Part shown: positions 9,357 to 18,000 of the stretch, piece after piece
How positions within the stretch are numbered: the stretch's first letter is position 1
How the letters are laid out: every line of letters begins with the position of its first letter
From: Patescibacteria group bacterium
GTDB taxonomy: Bacteria > Patescibacteriota > Minisyncoccia > Phycocordibacterales > SBAW01
Length of the DNA stretch: 64,000 nucleotides
Assembly: GCA_019752125.1 (NCBI GenBank)
Contig: JAIEMM010000002.1
Coordinates: 67,062 to 131,061 of the forward strand
Direction: 5' to 3'
The notes under the pieces: generated by a model
Seen by the model: the letters and a program-made list of their open reading frames with translations, nothing else
What the model was told of the DNA's origin: nothing
Databases searched by the model: none
Program-made: the position numbers and the translations under genes

Positions 9357-10394
9357 CTAAATATGTTTTGCGAGGCGCGATACATGTTCAACAAGCGCAT
9401 GCGTATATCCCATCTCGTTGTCGTACCATGCCATCACCTTCACCAAATTTCCGTCAATAACACGCGTAAGAGAAAGGTCTGCGATAGATGCAAAAGCGCT
9501 TCCTACAATATCGCTTGAGACGAGAGGCTCATCTGTTACAGAAAATACTGGTTTCCATCGCGCATCGGCCGCTGCCTTTTTCAACAAATCATTTACTTCT
9601 TGCGTACTCGTCGGACGCTTTGAAATAAACGTTACATCAGCAATAGACCCTGCAATAATAGGTACGCGCAGTGAGATGCCGTCAAACTTGCCCGCAAGCG
9701 CAGGCACCGCCTTTGTTACCGCAACAGCGGCCCCCGTTGAAGATGGCACGATATTGTGCGCGCCCGCGCGGCCATCACGAAAGTCTTCTTTAAGTTTTGC
9801 TTTCTTTACTGGACCATCGACTAAGTTTTGTGATGCAGTGTAGCCATGTGTCGTAGACAGCACCGCCTTTTCAATACCAAGACCTTCTTCCAAAATCTGG
9901 ATAAGCGGACTTGCTGCATTTGTCGTACACGATGCGTTAGATGTAATCATCGCGCCCTCAAACTTGTCATCATTGATGCCGACCAAGATAGTTGCGCCGG
10001 CAATACCTTCTGGCGCTTCATCTTTAACTGGCGCAGTGATCACTACCCTCTTGGCCCCGGCACTAAGGTGGACTTTTGCTTTTTCAAAACTCGTAAAGAA
10101 ACCTGTGCTTTCTACCACAATATCTACACCGAGTTTGCCCCACGGCAATTTTGCAGGATCTGCTTCTGCATATACAGGAATCTGTTTACCATCAATTATA
10201 AGAGAATGTTCTCCTGCTTCAACAGAAAAGTCCGCTCTGCCATAGACGCTGTCGTACTTAAGTAAGTATCCCAGATTTTCCGCATCGCCTAAATCGTTTA
10301 TTGCGACAATCTCAAACTCAGGACGCTCATGCGCGACACGCATAAACGCACGACCTATTCTTCCAAACCCATTGATTGCAATTTTCACTGACAT
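9357..10394 (-). CDS. gap: Glyceraldehyde-3-phosphate dehydrogenase (type I)
   Basis: INGFGRIGR, NASCTTN and WYDNE motifs. Confidence 0.97.
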   Translation of the reverse strand: MSVKIAINGFGRIGRAFMRVAHERPEFEIVAINDLGDAENLGYLLKYDSVYGRADFSVEAGEHSLIIDGKQIPVYAEADPAKLPWGKLGVDIVVESTGFFTSFEKAKVHLSAGAKRVVITAPVKDEAPEGIAGATILVGINDDKFEGAMITSNASCTTNAASPLIQILEEGLGIEKAVLSTTHGYTASQNLVDGPVKKAKLKEDFRDGRAGAHNIVPSSTGAAVAVTKAVPALAGKFDGISLRVPIIAGSIADVTFISKRPTSTQEVNDLLKKAAADARWKPVFSVTDEPLVSSDIVGSAFASIADLSLTRVIDGNLVKVMAWYDNEMGYTHALVEHVSRLAKHI

Positions 10395-10475
10395 GCATAT
10401 ATTTTACCACTGACTTTATCTTCCCCCTATGCTCAGATTACTAGCAACTCATCTCATATCAGTACACTACAAAGT

Positions 10476-10494
10476 GGCGAGGTCCGACCTCGCC
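10476..10494. repeat. REP-like palindrome, copy 1
   Basis: GGCGAGGTC-C-GACCTCGCC perfect 9-bp arms. Confidence 0.9.
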
Positions 10495-10504
10495 CAAATA
10501 TTTC

Positions 10505-11170
10505 ATGTCGAGAAAGATCTCAATCGTTCCAGGTGAGTTTTACCACCTATATAACCGTGGTACGGAAAGAAGAAATGTATTTATGGATAATACCGACTAT
10601 CGCCGATTCCAAAGTCTACTTTATCTAGCAAATAGCATTTTACCTATCCATTTTGACCATATTAAACCGCGAGGTCGGACCTCGCCCGATATATATCTCC
10701 TTCAACGTAAGAATCTACTGGTTGAGGTGTGTGCATATACCATGATGCCTAATCATTTTCATATCTTGGTAAAGGAAAAAGTCGAGGGTGGAATAAGCCA
10801 TTTTATACAAAAACTTAGTACGGCGTATACGATGTACTTCAATAAAAAGAATGGGCGAAATGGTGTTCTGTTCCAAGGTAAATATAAAATAGTCCATGTG
10901 GACAATGACCAATACTTGAAATACTTGGTCTCCTATATTCACCTCAATCCAATAAAACTTATCGAACCGACATGGAAAGAAACGGGTATTAAAGATAGGG
11001 CTAAAGCTAAGGAATATCTTGCCACTTTCCCCTATTCAAGCTATCCAGATTTTCTGGGCGAACAACGACCGGAAAAGGCAATTATTTCAACACAGAGCCT
11101 CCCGATTTATTTCAACACCACAAAAGATTTTGAAGCTGAAGTTACGGACTGGCTAAGCTACGAAAAATAG
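10505..11170 (+). CDS. REP-associated tyrosine transposase (RAYT, Y1 HUH family)
   Basis: YHLYNRG, MPNHFH (HUH), LFQGKY, YIHLNP (catalytic Tyr) and YSSY motifs. Confidence 0.92.
   Translation: MSRKISIVPGEFYHLYNRGTERRNVFMDNTDYRRFQSLLYLANSILPIHFDHIKPRGRTSPDIYLLQRKNLLVEVCAYTMMPNHFHILVKEKVEGGISHFIQKLSTAYTMYFNKKNGRNGVLFQGKYKIVHVDNDQYLKYLVSYIHLNPIKLIEPTWKETGIKDRAKAKEYLATFPYSSYPDFLGEQRPEKAIISTQSLPIYFNTTKDFEAEVTDWLSYEK
10669..10685. repeat. REP-like palindrome, copy 2, inside the transposase CDS
   Basis: GCGAGGTC-G-GACCTCGC (inverted relative to copies 1 and 3); translated as part of PRGRTSP. Confidence 0.88.
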
Positions 11171-11172
11171 GC

Positions 11173-11193
11173 TGGCAAGGTCCGACCTTGCCA
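11173..11193. repeat. REP-like palindrome, copy 3
   Basis: TGGCAAGGTC-C-GACCTTGCCA with a compensatory G-C to A-T change relative to copy 1; abuts the stop codon of the giant gene. Confidence 0.9.
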
Positions 11194-14100
11194 TTACTGG
11201 ACGATGACGGTGCGGGTTGCGGTACCTGTGTTGCCCGCAGCGTCAGTTGCGCTAAAGAGGATGGTGTAGGTGGTTGAAGTTGAAGTATCGAGAGTCAGCG
11301 CAGAGATATCCATGCGTGGGCCGCCATCAACAGAAACCTGGAAGCCAAGATTCTGGTCAACATTGTCGGTTACGGTTGCGCCCATGTCACTGTAGGTTGA
11401 ACCGATAGAGATAGTTGCTGGATTATTCCCCTGCAAGATAATTGTTGGTGCTACTGTGTCTGTTGAAGTTGCATTACCACCATTTCCTCCCCCGCTTCCA
11501 TTGCCGCCTGTTTGTGGTGAGCCTGTCGAACCCACACCAGAGAGCAGCGAGTCGAGCTGGGCCTTGGTGATACAGGTTTCTCCGCCTGCGTCTGAGAGGC
11601 AGACTTGGTCGGTGTGAACTTCTTTTGCATAGACTTTGTTGAAGATACCGACAGTTGCTGAGATTGCTCCGTTAAACGCACGTACCACCATCGAACCGAG
11701 TCCGCTGATAGCTGAGTTAAGTGTTGATGAGAATCCGCTGACGACTGGGCTTGTTGTAGAAGCTGTAAGAGTTTGGGTTGTTGAGGTTGCCATTGAAGAA
11801 AGTGTGTCGAGTGCCATGTCGCTTACATAGAGGTCTGACTTGATGAACACTTCGATAGTGCCTGTGTTGCTGCTTGTTGCCATCTGCGCAGTCCATGGCT
11901 GGAGCGCAACACCGATGCGGTATGTTGCTGAAGTTGCTTTTGTAGCAACACCTTCTGTTGATGAAAGTACGATCGAGTCGCCTACTGCGATATCGCCGCC
12001 TTCAAGGTTTACCTTCACTGGTACGCGGCCTGAGAGTGCGACCGGCTTGGTTGTTGAAGCGGCCAACGCATCGGCACCGCCGAGGATAAGACCTGGATTG
12101 CTTGAGATAACACCGAGGGTCTTAGCACCTGCCTTTGCCTTCTCTATATATAGAGGGTTTTGAGGATCAAGCGCTACGACATCGCCGGCTGCAAGTGTCT
12201 GGTCGTTTGTTGCGTAGCGTTCAGCAACGTCGTAGTTACCAGTGTTTGCTGCAGTGTAGTAGATATTTCCTGGAGTTGTGCCGCAGGCAACCGTTGCGCC
12301 AGCGCCAACCGAGAAGCAACCTGAACCAACGACTGTGAGGTTTGAAGTTGGAGAGCTTGTACCGATACCAACATTTCCTGCATTTGTAACTGCAAACAAC
12401 GTTGTGGTTGCAGTTGCGGTTGAAGAGCCGATTGCAAACAGCGTTGTGTTGAGATCGCCGTTTTGTGCATGGACAGAAAGTTTTGCAAACGGAGTTGTTG
12501 AGCCAACACCTGTGTTGTTGCCAGCAGCACCTGCGGTTACATAGAAGCCGCGTGACGTAGATGCTGTGGTTCCTTCAAAGGCGCTCAAAAGATACGTGCC
12601 GTTGCCAGCGTTTGTACCAACCGTAAGAGTTGGGTTGACGAGCAAGGCAGACCATTTGCCTGCACCTCCACCGTTTGAAATTGAAGTAGTGACGCTGAGG
12701 CCAGAGCCGTGCTGTGTCGTATATCCAGATACATTGGTACTTCCTTGAATAGCGAACTGGGAGGTGTTTGAAGTTCCAGTACGAGAGATAGACGCACCGT
12801 TTGCATATACCTGGAACAGTGTGCCTCCTGCGTTTACCGCCAATCCCGAAACATTAGCGGTTGAACCACTGCCTGTGTTGATAGCCACATCTCCTTGGTT
12901 GTTTACGGTAAACAACGTCGTCGTTGCTGTTCCGGTAGACGACGCGATCAAGAACATGTTTGGTACCGCGCCATCAGTTCCCATTGGCGTTGCAACAGTA
13001 AGATATGCAAGGCTAGGAGACGTTGTGCCAATACCAAGACCCACCGAAGAGCTATTTCTTATATTCTTTATAGATATAGAGTTTGAAGCGTTCGAGGCGC
13101 CGCCTACCGTCAACAACAACTTCGTATTGGCAGACAGGAGCATGTCGCCCGTGGTAACACCTGAGTTATTACCTGTGCCCGCACTGTTGAACGCAAACCC
13201 ACCAAGAACTGGAGTAGTTGGAGAGTACGCATCGTTGTACATACGGAACATCCATGGACCTGAGCTCGGCGCGTGCAATTCAAGACAATTGTCTGAGGAA
13301 CCAGCACTTGCAGAACATTGAACCTTAAAGAAAGAGTTGTTGGTGTTTGCAGTCGTGCCAAACAAGACGCGGTGGTCTTGTGTAATAAGCATTTCAGATT
13401 GTGTTGACGAACCTACAGCAAACGCTGGAACTCCTGCAGCAAGACTTGATGTATCCACTGAAAGACGTGCGAGTGGAGTAGTTGAACCGATACCGATGTT
13501 GCCTCCACCAAGTGCTGTCAAAACAGGGGTTTTTGCGTTCATCATTCGTATCTGGAACGCTGCACTCGTACTATTGTAGTTATTTCCAATATACGCAGTA
13601 GTAGCGCCCGCTGCGCTATATCCACTGTAAGCAAAGTATAGTGGTTCATCTCCTGCGCTGTCGCTCCATCTAATTGCTTCCCCGTAAGCCGCCCCTGAAC
13701 CTGCCACACTTAAGTTAGATGAAGGTGCCGCTGTACCGACGCCGACGTTGCCAGTATTTGTAACTGCAAACAACGTTGTAGTTGCTGTTGGAGTTGATGA
13801 CGCAATTGCAAACAAGGTTGAAAGACTGCCGGTTGCGCCTGCTGGTGTTGCAATGGAAAGCTGAGCATATGGGGAGGTGGTTCCAATGCCGACGTTGCCC
13901 GCAGATGTGACAGTGAGGAGCGCACTTCCGTATCGAGCGGTTGCACGACCAGCACTTGAATCTAACACACTTGTCCTGCGAGCAATGACAAACGCGTCAC
14001 TGCTTCCAAGACTATCACCGCCGTACGGCCTGCCAGTAAACCATTCAGTCTGACCAGTGGTGTCGTAGTAGTAATTACCGAGACCGCGATAGTTTGTGGA

Positions 14101-17100
14101 AGTGTCTTCTGTTTTAAAGATAGCGCTTGCAGCAGTCCAATCAGTACTATTTACGCTACCATCGATAAGCATCGCGGTTGAATTTACGCCTGTTTGATAT
14201 ATATGGAGAGGCTTCGATGGAGAGGTGGTTCCAATGCCGACATTACCACCATTTAAATAACTTACACCGTTTGAGGCAAAGTTAATTGTCCTTGTATTAC
14301 CGTTCCAGATATCAAGCGTCTGGGCGACCGTACCATTACGCGCATCATAGAGACGCACAGCTCCGTTTGCAGGAGAGAGGTATAGGGTACTATTAGCCGA
14401 ACCAGAATTACTGAAGAGATACGCTCCATCCGTCGTCGTTCGAATATCCAACGACGCATTACCCGCCCCCTGCTGCACTGTAAGGGCAGAGCTAGAAGAA
14501 GGAGTCGACGTGCCTATGGCAACTTGACCAAGATTGTTTATTGCAAACAACGTTGTAGTTGCTGTTGGAGTTGAAGATGCGATAGCAAAAAGTGTTGTCT
14601 GGCTACCTGTTGCGCCTGCTGGTGTTGCAATGGAAAGCTGTGCATATGGAGAGGTGGTTCCAAGACCAAGATTACCTGCACTTGTGATACGCAAACGCTC
14701 AGAAGGAGCTGTGGTTGAATTAGTCGAATTACGTGTAAGGAAAATGAGATCACCCATTGTGGCAGCGGTGGCATCGGTCTCTATATACCCAATACTTGCT
14801 GGTGCGAGAGCGGTAACGCCATTGACATACCCGAACCCTATAAGTCGCTGTGAACCTACGCCATATTCACGACCGCCAAGTTGTAGGTAGTTCGAGTTCG
14901 CTACTGTTGTGGCGCCAAGATTTAAGTCTCCTTGGCTGCGAGCAAGTCTGACAAGCCCACGTTGAAGAGGTGTTCCAACAATATCTGTCAATACATCAGG
15001 AGCCGCAGTTCCAATTCCAACATTTCCTGCGAAGTATGCATTGCCAGTGGTGGTTGCCCCTCCATATATAGTGAGACCTGTTGTTTGAGTGCCACCACCG
15101 ATAGTTGAAGATGCAAACGCTGTGAAGCCACCAGCAAAACTTGAAGCTGTGGTTGATGTTGCTGTGAAGTAGCCTGCGATTGCCTGATTGCCTAAGGTTG
15201 AAGAACCTTCAACAGAGAGTTTGTATGCAGGTGAAGTAGTGCCAATGCCGACGTTGCGGCTGGAATCTATGCGCATTGCTTCTCCGCTGTTGGTCCAGAA
15301 TGAGACAGCTCCCGTTGAAGTTTGGTTAACGATTTCTATATTGTTTTGACGGTTTGCCGTTGCAAACGCTGAACCTATTTGGTTGATACCCCCCTTGGCC
15401 GTACTATTTTCCTTGAAGCTTATTTGGCTCAGGCCACTCGCGTTCGTGTTGTCGAACGTAAATATTGGTGTCGATCCAGAAACGTACAGGAGACTACCTG
15501 GTGAAGTTGTGCCAAGGCCAAGATTGCCTGCATTATCGATAACCACTTTCGTAGAACCCAAAGTTTGGAATGTAAACCCAAGTGAGTTAGTTCCTGTAGG
15601 AGTCGTGTTCGAACTATCGGTTGTAGAATTGAAAACAATTGGTTTTGAAGTGTTTGTGCCCGTGTAACCCTTAATAACGTTGCCGCCCGCACCCGTCTGG
15701 ATAGCAAGGTACTGTGTACTGTTTCGTCTAAATATTGCAGTGTCTGTATTGTCCGCTGTTTCTGTAATATCGAGCAATGCTGTCGGAGCAGTATTGTTTA
15801 TGCCGACAAACCCGCTGTTAAGAACAGTAAACAGAGTCGTCGTTGCCGTTGCGGTTGAAGAGCCGATGGCAAAGAGTGTTGTGTTTGTGTCACCGTTGTT
15901 TGCCTGGATTGCAAAACGAGCGAATGGAGATGTCGAACCAACACCAAGCTGGCCGGTTGCATATTTTGAACCGGTTGTTGAATTGCCCGTACCAAAGAGG
16001 ATGTTTGCAATGTTTATTTGGTTAGACGCTGTCCCATCCGCCACCGAAACATCATTGCCAATAAGAATGTTGTTTGCTCCACTAGTGATGTTTGAATTTG
16101 CGAGTGTCGAAGCCGCACCAAGCACAATGTTTTTTGAACCAGTCGTGATTAAGTTTCCTGCACCATACCCTATAAAGGTATTGTAATCTGCGCCTGTCAT
16201 GATGCCGTATCCAGCTCGGTACCCAACAGCCGTGTACCCTTGCGCGCTGTAGACACCGTTTGAACCGTGCGCCGCAGAAGATCCTATAGCTACTGATGAT
16301 GTAGCCGATGTGTTTTGACGGCTTGCATTTGTTCCAACGGCAACGTTATCTGAGCCGGTAACACTTTGGTCCATCGCGGTGCGTCCAATAGCAACGTTAT
16401 TTGAACCCGTTCTGTTGTTATCAAGTGCGTATCTACCGCCGATGGCAACGTTAGCAGAACCAGTTGTGTTGTTGCCCAACGCACCGGAACCAAAGGCGGC
16501 GTTTTCGGTACCAGTCGTGTTTAAGGTAAGCGCAGAAGAACCAAAGGCGCTGTTGCCGTCAGCTGTATTTGCTGCAAGTGCATTGTAACCAAACGCTGTG
16601 AGGTCAGTAACAACAGCGCCACCCGCAGACGGGAGTGTGTTAAGGGCACGATACCCAAAGGCTGTTGTGCGGATCACGGTCGACGTCGCATTAAACCATG
16701 TGCCACCTGACTGTCCGCCAAAGGTCGAGAAGTTGGTGCTTGATGCATAGAGCACTGAGTTGCCATCTATCTGGTATCCACCAGTCGCACCCGCGGCATT
16801 AAAGAAACCGGAAGTAAATATATTCCCTGCAACCGAGAGTCTTTGGCCTGGCGTTGTGGTGCCGATGCCAATGTTGCCGCCGGATTGAAGTGTAAGACGG
16901 TCGGCAGTGTCATAAAAGCGCAAGTCATTCCCGACTAGGTACTGAACCCACTTATCAGTTGCAGGAGTAGCTACATTGCGGAACGAAAGCCAGTTGGCAC
17001 TACTTCCGCCAGCGGTGATGACCAGAGACTCTCCGGAATTATTCGGATTGTAGACATGCAACATTCCAGCCGGGCTCGTAGTACCAATGCCGACGAGACC

Positions 17101-18000
17101 ATTATTGTCTATAACCATCTTCGTTGATGAATTGAAGTTTGCGGCACTTGCGCCCGCATTTGACGCAACCATAAAGCGCAACTTCGTTTCTCCTCCGAGT
17201 ACCCCGAGTGCCGCAACGTTTGCAGAAACTCCAACTCCGTTACCTGTTCCCAATTGCAACGCTGAAACATATGACCCTGTATTGTCGAGTGTGCCAGCGC
17301 GGATGACGGAGTCTCCAGAACCCACAACATCTAGTTTGTATGTAGGCGTTGTAGTGCCAATCCCAACATTGCCCGCAGAAGTGATGCGCATACGCTCTGC
17401 AACGCTCGCAGAGCCATCGGGGGTCGTAAGGAAAGATAGGTACCCTGGCGCATCTCCTGTACCTGTCCAGCCAGTATCAGCGACGCCAAGTATTTGAGCT
17501 CCTCGCAATGCGTTTCCACCAGCGGTTGTGCCAAAGAAATCAATTTGCCCCAGACCATCTCCTGCAGAGAGTTCTGCGCTTGGTCGACCTTTTTGCAGTG
17601 CCAATTTTGGCGCCGACGTATCGGCGCCGACGTAGTAGAGATTAAGCGAATTGCTGTTGATGGTCGAATAGTTGCGCAACAAATATCCACCGTTCTGTGC
17701 ATTACCGCCCGAGCTAATGGTAACGCCAGCAGCAAGAGTCGGGTCAGCATCAACTTTAAGTACGGGGACAGTACTTGTACCAACCGCAAACAGATACCCA
17801 CCTGCACCAGCATTTGGCGTACCTCCTCCAATAAGTAGCGCATGGGCAATCGTTGAAGTTGCGCTCCCGAGCGTCGTTGTTGCAGTGAAGGAGCCTGCGA
17901 GCGCATTAACACCGAGGTCAGATGAGCCATTAACTGAGAGGGCGCGCCATGGTGAGGTGGTGCCAACTCCAACGTTGCCGCCGCCTAGTATGGTCAGGCG
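11194..18000 (-). CDS. C-terminal part of giant fibre/adhesin gene: GNVGIGTTxP modules, YadA-like beta-roll repeats, intramolecular-chaperone-like (peptidase G2-like) domain, DUF5011-type Ig-like domain
   Basis: Open in the same frame from 18000 to the stop at 11194 (the track ORF 11194..17682 starts at an internal TTG). Motifs YDVAERY, GVISSNPG, PVALSGRVPVKV and DTVAPTIILQGNNP. Confidence 0.8.
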   Translation of the reverse strand, partial: RLTILGGGNVGVGTTSPWRALSVNGSSDLGVNALAGSFTATTTLGSATSTIAHALLIGGGTPNAGAGGYLFAVGTSTVPVLKVDADPTLAAGVTISSGGNAQNGGYLLRNYSTINSNSLNLYYVGADTSAPKLALQKGRPSAELSAGDGLGQIDFFGTTAGGNALRGAQILGVADTGWTGTGDAPGYLSFLTTPDGSASVAERMRITSAGNVGIGTTTPTYKLDVVGSGDSVIRAGTLDNTGSYVSALQLGTGNGVGVSANVAALGVLGGETKLRFMVASNAGASAANFNSSTKMVIDNNGLVGIGTTSPAGMLHVYNPNNSGESLVITAGGSSANWLSFRNVATPATDKWVQYLVGNDLRFYDTADRLTLQSGGNIGIGTTTPGQRLSVAGNIFTSGFFNAAGATGGYQIDGNSVLYASSTNFSTFGGQSGGTWFNATSTVIRTTAFGYRALNTLPSAGGAVVTDLTAFGYNALAANTADGNSAFGSSALTLNTTGTENAAFGSGALGNNTTGSANVAIGGRYALDNNRTGSNNVAIGRTAMDQSVTGSDNVAVGTNASRQNTSATSSVAIGSSAAHGSNGVYSAQGYTAVGYRAGYGIMTGADYNTFIGYGAGNLITTGSKNIVLGAASTLANSNITSGANNILIGNDVSVADGTASNQINIANILFGTGNSTTGSKYATGQLGVGSTSPFARFAIQANNGDTNTTLFAIGSSTATATTTLFTVLNSGFVGINNTAPTALLDITETADNTDTAIFRRNSTQYLAIQTGAGGNVIKGYTGTNTSKPIVFNSTTDSSNTTPTGTNSLGFTFQTLGSTKVVIDNAGNLGLGTTSPGSLLYVSGSTPIFTFDNTNASGLSQISFKENSTAKGGINQIGSAFATANRQNNIEIVNQTSTGAVSFWTNSGEAMRIDSSRNVGIGTTSPAYKLSVEGSSTLGNQAIAGYFTATSTTASSFAGGFTAFASSTIGGGTQTTGLTIYGGATTTGNAYFAGNVGIGTAAPDVLTDIVGTPLQRGLVRLARSQGDLNLGATTVANSNYLQLGGREYGVGSQRLIGFGYVNGVTALAPASIGYIETDATAATMGDLIFLTRNSTNSTTAPSERLRITSAGNLGLGTTSPYAQLSIATPAGATGSQTTLFAIASSTPTATTTLFAINNLGQVAIGTSTPSSSSALTVQQGAGNASLDIRTTTDGAYLFSNSGSANSTLYLSPANGAVRLYDARNGTVAQTLDIWNGNTRTINFASNGVSYLNGGNVGIGTTSPSKPLHIYQTGVNSTAMLIDGSVNSTDWTAASAIFKTEDTSTNYRGLGNYYYDTTGQTEWFTGRPYGGDSLGSSDAFVIARRTSVLDSSAGRATARYGSALLTVTSAGNVGIGTTSPYAQLSIATPAGATGSLSTLFAIASSTPTATTTLFAVTNTGNVGVGTAAPSSNLSVAGSGAAYGEAIRWSDSAGDEPLYFAYSGYSAAGATTAYIGNNYNSTSAAFQIRMMNAKTPVLTALGGGNIGIGSTTPLARLSVDTSSLAAGVPAFAVGSSTQSEMLITQDHRVLFGTTANTNNSFFKVQCSASAGSSDNCLELHAPSSGPWMFRMYNDAYSPTTPVLGGFAFNSAGTGNNSGVTTGDMLLSANTKLLLTVGGASNASNSISIKNIRNSSSVGLGIGTTSPSLAYLTVATPMGTDGAVPNMFLIASSTGTATTTLFTVNNQGDVAINTGSGSTANVSGLAVNAGGTLFQVYANGASISRTGTSNTSQFAIQGSTNVSGYTTQHGSGLSVTTSISNGGGAGKWSALLVNPTLTVGTNAGNGTYLLSAFEGTTASTSRGFYVTAGAAGNNTGVGSTTPFAKLSVHAQNGDLNTTLFAIGSSTATATTTLFAVTNAGNVGIGTSSPTSNLTVVGSGCFSVGAGATVACGTTPGNIYYTAANTGNYDVAERYATNDQTLAAGDVVALDPQNPLYIEKAKAGAKTLGVISSNPGLILGGADALAASTTKPVALSGRVPVKVNLEGGDIAVGDSIVLSSTEGVATKATSATYRIGVALQPWTAQMATSSNTGTIEVFIKSDLYVSDMALDTLSSMATSTTQTLTASTTSPVVSGFSSTLNSAISGLGSMVVRAFNGAISATVGIFNKVYAKEVHTDQVCLSDAGGETCITKAQLDSLLSGVGSTGSPQTGGNGSGGGNGGNATSTDTVAPTIILQGNNPATISIGSTYSDMGATVTDNVDQNLGFQVSVDGGPRMDISALTLDTSTSTTYTILFSATDAAGNTGTATRTVIVQ
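13765..14665 (-). repeat. Linker repeat family B in the giant gene (about 120 bp, 2 close copies)
   Basis: GTTSPYAQLSIATPAGATGS..TLFAIASSTPTATTTLFA at about 13765-13890 and 14542-14665. Confidence 0.85.

Larger units (their letters stand above)
10476..11193 (+). mobile_element. REP-rayt-REP unit (REPtron-like)
   Basis: Transposase gene tightly bracketed by two copies of the same palindrome, ending 10 nt before the ATG and starting 2 nt after the stop. Confidence 0.75.
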
